A DNA stretch of 64,000 bases, from assembly GCA_963832745.1 (NCBI GenBank), contig CAWHVC010000003.1, forward strand, positions 608,001 through 672,000, in the 5' to 3' direction. A model generated the notes under the pieces. It was not told the DNA's origin and searched no databases. It saw only the letters and a program-made list of their open reading frames with translations. This document shows, in pieces, positions 51,113 to 61,316 of the stretch. This stretch comes from Candidatus Bathyarchaeota archaeon. Lineage in GTDB: Archaea; Thermoproteota; Bathyarchaeia; Bathyarchaeales; Bathycorpusculaceae. Numbering within the stretch: position 1 is the stretch's first letter; every line of letters begins with the position of its first letter. Both the position numbers and the translations under genes were made by a program.

Positions 51113-51242
51113 AGTTTTTCCCTTTCTTTTAATGTTATTTTTAAGAACTATTATCGTTTAGGCGTACTAATAAATTTAATCCTCTTCACCTGAATTGCGA
51201 GGGCAAATTAACATAAAAAACAGGATTTGGGTCGCCAATTGT

Positions 51243-52811
51243 CTAATTTTTAGAACAAACAAATACGCCGCCCAGAATGGTAAAACTTGCCGAAACTCTG
51301 CTTATTTCATCAACCGCTACAGCTGCAGGGTTGTTTGATAAAACGGTTAAATCAGCAAGCTTTCCCTGCTCAATAGACCCTTTATTAGTCAACTCTGAAG
51401 CAGCCTGCGCCCCAAAAACGGTGTACATTTTCAACGCCTCGGAAACAGCCACTTTTTGCGGGCCATCACGTTTAACTGCCGCTTCAACACCAAGCAATGG
51501 ATTAAGTGGCTCCATAGGGCAATCTGACCCTGCAGCAACCGAAACGCCAGAGCTAAGCAAGTCTTTAACTGGAAACAGCCAACGCACCCTATTCTCGCCC
51601 AAATGCTCCGCAGCTGACCAAACAGAAAACTCGGAAGCCACAACACACGGCTGAACCGATACTGAAACGTCCAACTCTTTTATTCGGCGCAAAAGCTCAG
51701 GGGTAAGAACCGCAGCTTGTTCAATGCGCGGGCGGGCAACCGTAGGGTTTTGGCTGGTTTGCTGAATGATGTTTAATGCTTCAGTGACTGCTTTGTCACC
51801 TACCGCATGGATGATAAGCTGTAACCCAGCGGCTTGAATCTTATTGGCAAGCTTTCGCATTTCGTTTTGTTGGCAAAGCATTTTTCCCTGCTCATCTGGG
51901 CTGTCGCTGTAAGGTTCAATTAACGCGGCGGTTCTTGAAGCGAGGTAACCGTCAGAGAAAATAATTGAGGCGCCAAGTTTGAAGCACCCATTTTCTATGG
52001 GTTTTAGGCTTTTTAGTGCTAAATCAAGCATTTTTGAAGGAACTATCAAGAAAATTCTCAAAGGCAAAGAGTCTTCTTGGATTAGCTGCTGGATAATTGG
52101 AAGTTCTGCTTCCGAGAGCACTATCCAGTGAATACTGGTTACGCCTGCTTGTACAATTTTTTCTAACGCCAACTTTGTAGCTTGGTAAAGTTCCTGCTGT
52201 GTTGGTTCAGGAATAACGTTCCATACAAGATTTGTTGCGTACTCACGAAGAATCCCCGTAGGTTCACCGTTTGCGTCTTTTTCAACAAATAATACTTCAG
52301 TTTGCTCATTGATTTTTGCTGCTTCGAGCGCTTTGCTATTAACAGAGCATACTTGCCCTGTTTGGCAGTAAAGAACTACTGGATTATCAGGCGCAGCGGA
52401 ATCTAAATCCTTTCGGGTTGGCAAACGTTTCTCCGCAAGCCTATCAGGGGTTAACGCCTTGCCCAAAACAAACCGTCCCTTTCCAGTTTGTTTTATGCGT
52501 TCGGAAAGTATGTTTTGAATGTCTGTTATTGACTTAGCGTTTTCAAGGTCCAGCCATGTTAGCAACTTGCCGTAGTCAGCGACGTGAATGTGAGTATCTA
52601 TGAAGCCGGGTAGCACAGTTTTGCCTTCAAGATGAATTACTTTGGTGTTTTCGCCGATAAACTCGTTGACTTCTTGGTTGGTGCCTACGTGGCGTATTTT
52701 GCCGTCTTTAACTGCGATGGCTTGCGCTGTTGGCATATTTGGGTTCATAGTTAAAACGTTTCCTTCAAGCAAAACCAAATCCGCCGGGGTCAACAGGACA
52801 TCAGTCTCCAA
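51243..52811 (-). CDS. YtcJ-like amidohydrolase (Amidohydro_3)
   Basis: PGFIDTHIH, PTGILRE, DG.L.SRTA, HAVGD.A, GSDCP, GSIE.GKLAD. Confidence 0.9.
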   Translation of the reverse strand: METDVLLTPADLVLLEGNVLTMNPNMPTAQAIAVKDGKIRHVGTNQEVNEFIGENTKVIHLEGKTVLPGFIDTHIHVADYGKLLTWLDLENAKSITDIQNILSERIKQTGKGRFVLGKALTPDRLAEKRLPTRKDLDSAAPDNPVVLYCQTGQVCSVNSKALEAAKINEQTEVLFVEKDANGEPTGILREYATNLVWNVIPEPTQQELYQATKLALEKIVQAGVTSIHWIVLSEAELPIIQQLIQEDSLPLRIFLIVPSKMLDLALKSLKPIENGCFKLGASIIFSDGYLASRTAALIEPYSDSPDEQGKMLCQQNEMRKLANKIQAAGLQLIIHAVGDKAVTEALNIIQQTSQNPTVARPRIEQAAVLTPELLRRIKELDVSVSVQPCVVASEFSVWSAAEHLGENRVRWLFPVKDLLSSGVSVAAGSDCPMEPLNPLLGVEAAVKRDGPQKVAVSEALKMYTVFGAQAASELTNKGSIEQGKLADLTVLSNNPAAVAVDEISRVSASFTILGGVFVCSKN

Positions 52812-52934
52812 TGTTTTTGTAATGTTACAGGTTGTTTATTGCTTATCAAGGTAACTTTTTCTAAAATAGGCTTTATCGCAAAATCTTTTTTAGTAACAGG
52901 CATCTAGGTAAGTCAACAAATTACAAGCTGAAGG

Positions 52935-54050
52935 ATGTATTTTAGGATGGCAAAAAAAGGCCCTTTGATGATGACTTCGTGGAGAACCACCGGCGCCTGC
53001 AATGCACGCTGCAGATACTGCAACGTAGACGCGACAGGCAAAAAAGCTGACAGGGAATTAACAACACAAGAAGCATTAGCCTTGGTCGATAAAGTGTACG
53101 ACTTCGGCGTTAGCTGGTTCGGACTTAAAGGCGGAGAACCGCTTCTAAGGAAAGACATTTTTGAAATAGTTGCCTACGCAAAAGGCAAGGGTCTTAACGT
53201 GTGCCTTCTTACTAACGGATGCTTTGTTGACGGCGAAATATACGATAATCTTGTTAAGAATCAAGTTTGGGGCTCTGTAAGCATCGATGGCCCAGAAGAA
53301 ATCAATGACCAACTTCGTGGAAAAGGCTCCTATCAAAAAGCCCTCGCTGCAATCCAAAAATTGTCAGCAGGAAAAATCCTAAACGGCTTAGCCGCAGCAA
53401 TTACTTCAGTAAACTATCAGCACCTTGACCATGTTTGCGAGTTGGCTGAAAAGTACCACGCTAACTTTGTCTGGTTTAACCATTTGGTTCCCAGTGGAAG
53501 AGCAAAAGATCAAGTGGACGATTTAAGCCCCACCCCAGAACAACTGGAAGAAGCACTTAACCACATTTGGGACTTATCAGTCAAGTACAAGGGCAAATTT
53601 GACATTCACGTACACTGCCCACACTTCGCACGTGTAGTAAAACAACGCAACATTCCAAACTTTGACGAATGGTACGAAAAAGAGTTCCACGGCAAATGCA
53701 CATACTTCGCCTTTGGCGGCTACATAAGCATTACAGAAAACGGCAGCTTAATCCCATGTTTCTACACAGACCTCCGCCCAATGGAGCCAATGAAGCTAGG
53801 AAACATCCGTGACCCCAAGAGCCTAACACAAGTTTGGGAAGAAATGAAAGCTTCATCCTACTTCAGCAGCTTCCGGGATAGAGGGAACCTAAAAGGAAAA
53901 TGCAACGTCTGTGAGTACCGCGATATCTGTGGCGGATGCAGAAACCGAGCGTACGCTTTAACAGGTGACATTTACGGGCAAGACGACGCATGCGCATATA
54001 TTCCAAAAGCTTTGCGTGACAATCCCGACCTGTTGAAAGAAAAACAATAA
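52935..54050 (+). CDS. Radical SAM/SPASM protein (AhbC/D-NirJ-PqqE-like)
   Basis: CNARCRYC, GGEPLLR, and SPASM motif C..C.Y..ICGGCR.RA...D..C. Confidence 0.9.
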   Translation: MYFRMAKKGPLMMTSWRTTGACNARCRYCNVDATGKKADRELTTQEALALVDKVYDFGVSWFGLKGGEPLLRKDIFEIVAYAKGKGLNVCLLTNGCFVDGEIYDNLVKNQVWGSVSIDGPEEINDQLRGKGSYQKALAAIQKLSAGKILNGLAAAITSVNYQHLDHVCELAEKYHANFVWFNHLVPSGRAKDQVDDLSPTPEQLEEALNHIWDLSVKYKGKFDIHVHCPHFARVVKQRNIPNFDEWYEKEFHGKCTYFAFGGYISITENGSLIPCFYTDLRPMEPMKLGNIRDPKSLTQVWEEMKASSYFSSFRDRGNLKGKCNVCEYRDICGGCRNRAYALTGDIYGQDDACAYIPKALRDNPDLLKEKQ

Positions 54051-54169
54051 ATCATTTTTTATTTTTTTTAGAAAATAGCTTTTTATTTAATCAACAATAT
54101 TAATCCATCATAAAGTGTTTAATGCATCACTTTTTTGTACCTTTAAAGGGTCAAATGGGGAGTTTAGGC

Positions 54170-56465
54170 ATGCAGAAAAGAAACGCGGCGTACTTCTTAA
54201 TCATGATATTTCTTATTCCACTGCCTATACTTGTTGCCAGCTTGATGACGACGACCCAGCCTCAAATTGATTCTTGGCCAATGTTTCACCAGAACCTGCA
54301 ACGCACAGGCTACCTTGACACTGCACTACCAATGAATAATCAGACACTATGGAAGTTTAACACGGGCGGCCAAATGGGTTCACCCGCATTGCAAGACGGC
54401 GTAGTTTACGTTGGCGGGTATGACCACAAAGTTTACGCTTTTGACGCCCAAACAGGCGAATTAATTTGGAACTACACAACAGGCGGCATAGTGGTGTCCC
54501 GGCCCGCAATAGCCGCCGATTTAGTTTATGTTGGCTCTGAAGACAATAACCTTTACGCGTTAAATGCAACAGATGGGAGTTTAGTCTGGAAGTTTCTTAC
54601 CGGTTATTATGTGGATTCTGACCCTGCAGTGGTTGGAGGTGTTGTGTATGCGGCTTCTGAAGACCGAAACGTTTACGCCTTAAACGCACAAACAGGCGAA
54701 AAAATATGGAACCACACCACTGGTGGCCAAATCATGCTTTCATCGCCAACAGTTGCCGACGGCTTTTTGTACATCGGCACTTTAGACCATAAACTCTATG
54801 CGTTAAACGCGGCAGACGGCAGCTTAGCTTGGACCTACACCACCAATGATAACATTGTTTCAACCCCCGCCGTCTCTGAAGGCATCGTTTATGTGGGGTC
54901 CTTGGATAACAACGTTTACGCCCTACACGCCCAGACCGGCGATTTACTTTGGAATTTTAGCGCCAGTGATGCAGTGTATTCATCCCCTGCAGTTTCTGAA
55001 GGACTGGTCTTTGTGGGATCAAACGACGACAACCTTTACGCGCTTAACTCCACTGACGGCTCGTTTGTTTGGAGCTACACAGCTGGCGGCGCTGTTTCGT
55101 CCTCCCCAACAGTCGCAAACGGTCTTGTTTATGTAGGCGCAAACGATGGAAAAATTTACGCGTTAACCCTTCAAACTGGGCGCCTTCAATGGGTTTACGC
55201 TTCAGATGATATTGTGATTTCTCAACCCGCAGCATCGGAAGGCAAAGTTTTTGTTGGCGGATGGAATGGCAAACTGTACGCTTTAGACGCAAGCAACGGC
55301 AGTTTGGATTGGAGTTTTAGTAGTGGCGGCAAAGTTGATTCTTCTCCGACTGTTTCAGGTGGCGTCGTGTATGTTGGTTCTCATAATGGAAAACTGTATG
55401 CCCTTAACGCGTCCACAGGATTAGTAGGTTACAATTGGGAACTGCATAATAACGTGATTTGGAGTTTTCAAGCAAACGACAAGTTTCTGTTTTCTTCACC
55501 CGCAATTAGCGGTGGAGTGGCATACGTGGGCTCATATGACGGCAACGTTTACGCTATAAACACCACAACGGGGCAGTCAATATGGAGTTTCTTGACGGGT
55601 TACGCGGTGGTTTCTTCACCTGCAGTTTATGACGGAATCGTTTACGTGGGTTCAGAGGACAATCATCTTTACGCGTTAAACGCAGAAACCGGTTCTCTTG
55701 TGTGGAACCACACTTTTGGAAACATGATTATCACTTCTTCGCCTGCTGTTTCAAACGGTAACGTGTACGTGGGCTCCATGGACAATAACGTGTATGCCTT
55801 CAACGCAGAAACCGGTGTTCAAATCTGGAATTATACAACCGGCGGCATCGTAACCTCATCGCCTACAATTGCAGGCGGCGTCGTTTATGTGGGGTCTTAT
55901 GACCATAACATTTACGCCTTAAACGCTCAGGACGGCAGTTTAGTTTGGAAATACGTCACCGGTGGCAGCGTAGCATCTTCAGTTGCAGTTACAAACGGAG
56001 TGGTTTATGTTGGTTCAGACGACGGCAAAATGTACGCGTTGAATGCAGCGTCGGGCAATTTTAAATGGAGTTACCAAACCGGCGTGCCAAGTAGCCTCTT
56101 CCCCAGCTGTTACGTGGGACATGCTGTTCTTCGGTTCATATGACGGTAAAATCTATGCCTTAAACTCGGCTGACGGCAGCTTTGTCTGGAGTTATCAAAC
56201 AGGTGACTGGGTGGTTTCTTCTCCGGCCGTTGTTAACGGCGTTTTGTATGTGGGTTCTTATGACCATTTCGTGTACGCCATCGGCGCAATTAATAACACT
56301 CAAGACCAAACTGGTTACCCCACGATGCTTATCATGATTTTGACGGTTGGCTTGATTGCAGTTCTCATTGTGGTTGGTATTCTTTACTGGCGTAAACGAA
56401 AAGCTGACAAGTTTTTCGGAAAATATTTTATTCCGAAACCCAGTAGTGAAGGTGACTTTCCATGA
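54170..56465 (+). CDS. Large PQQ-like multi-beta-propeller surface protein; +1 frameshift at about 56085
   Basis: WPMFH...RTG start and about 16 tandem 40-aa repeats. The last repeats and the C-terminal TM are in ORF 56043-56465. Confidence 0.85.
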
Positions 56466-57616
56466 ACCGTAAATGGGCAATAGCGTTTCTTCTATGTATA
56501 ACTTTAATTGTTGTGCTTTTTGTGGGTGCGCATTCGCTTTTTGGCGGAAACGGCGCTATGCAGAACGTTGATGTTTACGTAGGCGTAGACGCGGCTTATG
56601 ATAACATGACTGATTTGAAAGCACGCATTGACCAAGTCAAAGACTACACTAACCTATTTGTTTTAGGCAGCACTGGCATCACTCTTGACGAAGCTAAGCT
56701 TAACGAGATGTGCAATTACATTAACGCAAGCGGGCTTAGTTTTGCCACTTACACTCACACTACCGAAAACTCTACTTTCAATTTTAACCAGTCAGCTTGG
56801 ACAGCCTATGCTAAGCAGCGTTGGGGCAGCGAGTTTTTGGGTTTATACAGTTATGATGAACCCGGAGGACACCAGATAGACAGTGACCAACCATACATGA
56901 TAGTTCCCCAAGCAGAAAATTATTCGGATGCAGCTAACAAGTACATCTTTAACCTGCACAATTACATCTCCGAATTTCTTGCCTTAAATACCACACTGAT
57001 GACTTCTGATTACGCCCTTTACGAGTATGATTACCGTGCAGGCTACGACATTGTCTTGGCAGAATACGCGTGGAATCATAGCCGCCCAATAAACACTGCC
57101 TTAGTTCGGGGTTCAGCCACAATGCAAGGCAAAGAATGGGGTGTCATGCTCACTTACACTTACGAGCAGCCACCTTATCTTGAATCAGGACCCGAACTGT
57201 ATCAGGACATGATAACCGCTTATGAGAACGGCGCCAAATACATCCTTGTTTTTGATTACGCCACCCAAGACGAAACTCAAATGGCGCATGGCATTCTGCA
57301 ACAGGAGCATTTAGACGCTTTAAGGCAATTCTGGGAATATGTTAAAGCTAACCCACGCCAAAGCAACCCAGTTAGTGAACGTGTTGCGTATGTTCTTCCA
57401 TCTGACTTCGGTTATGGCTTTCGCGGCTCGAACGATTGGGTTTGGGGCTTATGGAAAAACAGCACCCTTTCCACTCAAATTTGGGATGACATAAACACTT
57501 GCTCGCAACAGTACAAGCAAAGGTTTGACATCATCTACGCTGACACTCCCAACTTTGACGCATGGGCTTATAGCAAACTCATCTACTGGAACGGTACAGT
57601 GCAAACAAAACCGTAA
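56462..57616 (+). CDS. Secreted hypothetical protein, possibly glycoside-hydrolase-like
   Basis: N-terminal TM/signal; G.Y.YDEPGG, AY.NGAKYI.VF. 4-bp overlap with the upstream gene. Confidence 0.7.
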   Translation: MNRKWAIAFLLCITLIVVLFVGAHSLFGGNGAMQNVDVYVGVDAAYDNMTDLKARIDQVKDYTNLFVLGSTGITLDEAKLNEMCNYINASGLSFATYTHTTENSTFNFNQSAWTAYAKQRWGSEFLGLYSYDEPGGHQIDSDQPYMIVPQAENYSDAANKYIFNLHNYISEFLALNTTLMTSDYALYEYDYRAGYDIVLAEYAWNHSRPINTALVRGSATMQGKEWGVMLTYTYEQPPYLESGPELYQDMITAYENGAKYILVFDYATQDETQMAHGILQQEHLDALRQFWEYVKANPRQSNPVSERVAYVLPSDFGYGFRGSNDWVWGLWKNSTLSTQIWDDINTCSQQYKQRFDIIYADTPNFDAWAYSKLIYWNGTVQTKP

Positions 57617-57733
57617 CCAGTGGCTCTTTGTTGTTTTCAGCTCTCAGGTTGGCTTTGTGCTTGGATAGGCGTTTAACAGAAACTTTATTATGGTAACAAG
57701 GGCATTTTAGAAAACAAATCTGAGGAGAAATAA

Positions 57734-59047
57734 ATGAAAAACCCGGCGACTGAAAAACAATCAGGCGTCTATGATTTAAGGACAAATTGGCCGCCTTACA
57801 CTTACAGAGATTACCCAGACATTAAGCCTGAAACATACAAGGCTTTTCTGGAATTCTTAGATACAGAAAACACGTCAAAACGGCTTATGGAGCTGCAGCC
57901 ATGGGTTTCCATCTGTGACTCTAAATGCTCATTCTGTTATTTCCCAACCACCGCTACAAGCAAAGCACACATTGAACCATATCTTGCAGCCCTTAAAAAA
58001 GAATTAGACATGTACGCTAAAACCAAGTATCTGCAGACAAGCGTTTTTGACGAAATCGTCTTAGGCGGCGGAACACCCAGTGTTTTAACCGCTGATCAAA
58101 TGATAGATTTAATCGAATACTGCAAAGCACGGTTTACCACTACAGATGATTACTTCATAAAAGTTACAGGTTCATCAAAAAGTTTTGACCGCCACAAAAT
58201 CGTAAAACTCGCCGAATACGGAGCTTTCCAAATGGACATGGGCGCTCAAACTTTCGATAACAAACTGCGAAAAGACTTCTGCCTGCCCGACCCAGCAGAA
58301 CACGTAATAGACGCAATCAAACTGGCACGTAAACTTGGCATGTGCGTCTGTGTAGACATACTCTATAATCTGCCCGGTCAAACCATGGAAGCTTGGAAAG
58401 ACACTCTTCAAAAATGCATAGACTTAGACGTTGAAGTTGATGTTTATGCGCTCGAAGTTGTTCCAGGCACAATTCTTGACATGCAAATAAAAGCAGGAAA
58501 AATGCCTCCAGCAGGCAACGTTGAATATGAAACCGAAATGTACCTAACCGCATACAAAATGTTAACCGATGCAGGCTACAAAGCTGTTGGTCACGACCGG
58601 TTCTCACGTGAACCTTGGCACTTTAAAGAATCATGCCTTAACGGTTGGCCTTTCGCCGCCCAGTTAACCACTGGTGCAGGATGCTTTATGGGTTACTTTG
58701 AACGGTTCTCCTATTCCAACTTGGAAGACATTAACGAGTACATGGCTGCAGTAAACGCGGGCAGACTCCCAATCAACCGAATATCTGAATCCACAACTGA
58801 AGACATGATGCGCAAAGTAATGACACGCCTATACCTTCGTTTGCCAGTAGACAAAGTTGAGTTCAAACAGAAATTCGGCAAAAACCCAGAAGATGTCTTC
58901 GGCCCACAACTAAAACGCCTGGTTGAAAAAGGCTTGCTGACAATTGATGACAAAGAAATCAAAATCACAAAACTTGGCGACATCTGGAAAGGCAACATTG
59001 CATGGGAATTCGCGGACAATCCACGCGAGAAAAACATGCTCAAATAA
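57734..59047 (+). CDS. HemN/HemW-like radical SAM protein
   Basis: CDSKCSFC, GGGTPS, G.QTF, D..YNLPGQT, HemN-type C-terminal domain. Confidence 0.88.
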   Translation: MKNPATEKQSGVYDLRTNWPPYTYRDYPDIKPETYKAFLEFLDTENTSKRLMELQPWVSICDSKCSFCYFPTTATSKAHIEPYLAALKKELDMYAKTKYLQTSVFDEIVLGGGTPSVLTADQMIDLIEYCKARFTTTDDYFIKVTGSSKSFDRHKIVKLAEYGAFQMDMGAQTFDNKLRKDFCLPDPAEHVIDAIKLARKLGMCVCVDILYNLPGQTMEAWKDTLQKCIDLDVEVDVYALEVVPGTILDMQIKAGKMPPAGNVEYETEMYLTAYKMLTDAGYKAVGHDRFSREPWHFKESCLNGWPFAAQLTTGAGCFMGYFERFSYSNLEDINEYMAAVNAGRLPINRISESTTEDMMRKVMTRLYLRLPVDKVEFKQKFGKNPEDVFGPQLKRLVEKGLLTIDDKEIKITKLGDIWKGNIAWEFADNPREKNMLK

Positions 59048-59123
59048 ACCCAACTTTCCTTTTCTTGTTTGTTTTGTTGATGCTTCTGTATACAACCCTG
59101 CTTTAGGGGTAATTAGTACTGGT

Positions 59124-59346
59124 TTTCAACATGCTAATGGCGCAAAAAACCGTCAATAGCACCTAACCCCTCTTAGTGATTTGCGATTTTCATAATGCTT
59201 TTTGGGCTGTTTCTGCGGTTTTCCAAAGCGGCATTTTCTGGCTACTTGTTCTGTAGGGTTAGGGTTCATTGTTTTTACCTACCCTCTATAGGTTTTTGCA
59301 TAGAACCTCTATTTGGATCCTAATAGATTGGTTTAAAAAGTAAAGC
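59124..59346 (+). repeat. Dispersed repeat copy B (intact core 59277-59346; extra half-site near 59160)
   Basis: TTTCAACATGCTAATG (16/16 with copy E) then ACCTACCCTCTATAGGTTTTTGCATAGAACCTCTATTTGGATCCTAATAGATTGGTTTAAAAAGTAAAGC. Confidence 0.85.
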
Positions 59347-59622
59347 AACACAAAGCAATGAACAGCACTGAACAGCAAAATGCAAGTCGGCAACTAGCAT
59401 GGCCCATTAAAACTTGATTTTTTCTATGTTTCGCTCCAACAGCCAAACCAGCATCAGAGCGTGTCCTATAAAGAATTTTAGCGTTAAAAAAACAGCAAAA
59501 TATAGACATTAAACAATCAACAAATACTGCTCTGGCTGGTTTGCAACCAATAGTTGTCCTTTTTTTGCTAAAACTTATTAGGTTCTTGGGGCTTTATCCG
59601 CAAAAGAGGGCTGGAATAACAA

Positions 59623-61086
59623 GTGAAAGTAGCGGGGAAAAAGATGCTAAAATCAAGCAAGCATGTTGTGGGATTGTTGGTTTTGTTCTTGTTTGTGTCT
59701 TTGTTTGCTGTTTTGGCTAATCCAGTTGTTGCTTCTGATGGCGCTGAAAATTCTTGGGTTTCGGTTTCGTCTTTGCCTACTGTTAGGGGTGATTTGGGTG
59801 TTGCTGCGGTAAATGGGAAAATCTATGCTATAGGTGGCATTTTTGTTAATACAAAGACTACTCCGAACAATGAAGAAACGCTAGGTACAAACGAGGAGTA
59901 TAATCCTGCCACAAATTCCTGGACCACCAAAACACCTATGCCAATACCAAGCAGCAATTTCGCAACCGCAGTATACCAGAACAAAATCTACTGCGTAGGA
60001 GGCGGCGTAACTGATGTGTTCAACTCTACTAGGGGAACTTGGACCACTGTAATAAGTTCTGGGTTTAACCAAGTTTATGACCCACTGACCGACACTTGGG
60101 AAAATAAGACAGCAATGCCTTATCCTCAAGTAAAATCTCATGCCAATGTTGTTAATGGAAAAATCTTTTTTGTTGGCGGTTACCCTAATGGTACACTAAA
60201 TCAGATGTACGATCCTGTCACGGATAACTGGAGTGTAATGGCTGCTATGCCTGAAAAGTTTCAGGGTGCCTCATGTGTTTACGATAATAAAATCTACATT
60301 ATTGGGACTCTGTATACCGGCAAGCTTCCAGATTTTTCCGAGCCCATGACCCAGATTTATAATCCAAGCACAGATTCATGGAGTCAAGGACCAACAGCCT
60401 TGCAAGCCGTAGCAAGAGCATTTGCTGTAGTTACCGTAGGGGCTATGGCGCCTCCGAAAATTTATGATTTGTATAATCCCTCGCATGCGCCAAACTCTTA
60501 TACTTATCTTAATCAGGTGTACAACTTAGATAATGGTACTTGGGTGACTGCTGCTAGAATGCCTGACCGTGAACGTTTTGGTGTTGCTGTGGTTGATGAC
60601 TTGATATATGTTATTGGTGGATACACTTTTTCATGGCCGAGTCTTGATGACATTATAGCTAATCCTGACAATCGAGCAATCTCTTATTCATATAAGGGGG
60701 ATGTTTTGCGGTATACTCCTTTTGGGTATGGTTCTGTTCCGCCTAAGGCATTGGTTGCTTCTCCTTTAAATGCAAGTAGCTTTACTATTGGGGATGTTGT
60801 TTCTTTTAATTTTTTAACGAATCGGGCAGTGGACTGGGTGGGTTACAGTCTTGATGGTGCAGATAATGTTACTGTTACTGGTAACTTTTCCCTGTCAGAC
60901 CTAACTTTGGGTTCGCATAGTGTTACTGTTTATGCAAAAGACAGCAATGGAAACATTGGCGCCTCGGAAACAGTGGTTTTTTCTGTTTCTGAAAAGTCTT
61001 TTCCAGTAGCGGTGGTTATAGCGGTTGTTGTAGCAGCGGTGGTTGTTGTTGGGTTGGTTTTTGTTTTGAGGGTAAAAAAACGGTGA
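59623..61086 (+). CDS. Kelch-repeat surface protein with Ig-like stalk and C-terminal TM
   Basis: Signal peptide, GKIYAIGG / YDP.TD.W repeats, L..GSHSVTVYAKD..GN, Val-rich TM. Confidence 0.88.
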   Translation: MKVAGKKMLKSSKHVVGLLVLFLFVSLFAVLANPVVASDGAENSWVSVSSLPTVRGDLGVAAVNGKIYAIGGIFVNTKTTPNNEETLGTNEEYNPATNSWTTKTPMPIPSSNFATAVYQNKIYCVGGGVTDVFNSTRGTWTTVISSGFNQVYDPLTDTWENKTAMPYPQVKSHANVVNGKIFFVGGYPNGTLNQMYDPVTDNWSVMAAMPEKFQGASCVYDNKIYIIGTLYTGKLPDFSEPMTQIYNPSTDSWSQGPTALQAVARAFAVVTVGAMAPPKIYDLYNPSHAPNSYTYLNQVYNLDNGTWVTAARMPDRERFGVAVVDDLIYVIGGYTFSWPSLDDIIANPDNRAISYSYKGDVLRYTPFGYGSVPPKALVASPLNASSFTIGDVVSFNFLTNRAVDWVGYSLDGADNVTVTGNFSLSDLTLGSHSVTVYAKDSNGNIGASETVVFSVSEKSFPVAVVIAVVVAAVVVVGLVFVLRVKKR

Positions 61087-61114
61087 CCCGACTTATCTTG
61101 CATAAGCTTCCAAT

Positions 61115-61207
61115 TTTTTACTTGCTAATGCCTTTGTTTTTGGTCAATAGCGCCCTACCCTCTAAGGTTTTCTGCATAGATATCCTATTTGGATTTTAAT
61201 AGGTTGA
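61115..61207 (+). repeat. Dispersed repeat copy C
   Basis: TTTTTACTTGCTAATG...CCCTACCCTCTAAGGTTTTCTGCATAGATATCCTATTTGGATTTTAATAGGTTGA (44/55 with the copy A core). Confidence 0.8.
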
Positions 61208-61316
61208 CGAAATCAGCTTTTTTCAACTTGTGGCTCCAGCAACAGTTCAAACAAGTTAGCGTTTACTGCCGAAATCTATAAATGATTATTTTCAACTCCC
61301 TTTAATTTGGAGCGTT

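Noticed and set aside
54300-56300. ~120-bp periodic repeats
   Set aside because: Degenerate coding repeats of PQQ-like propeller blades, not a CRISPR array: no identical repeats with unique spacers.
52935-56465. PqqE-like enzyme next to a PQQ-repeat protein as a PQQ pathway
   Set aside because: No pqqA/B/C/D seen, and the propeller is BamB-like without dehydrogenase features.
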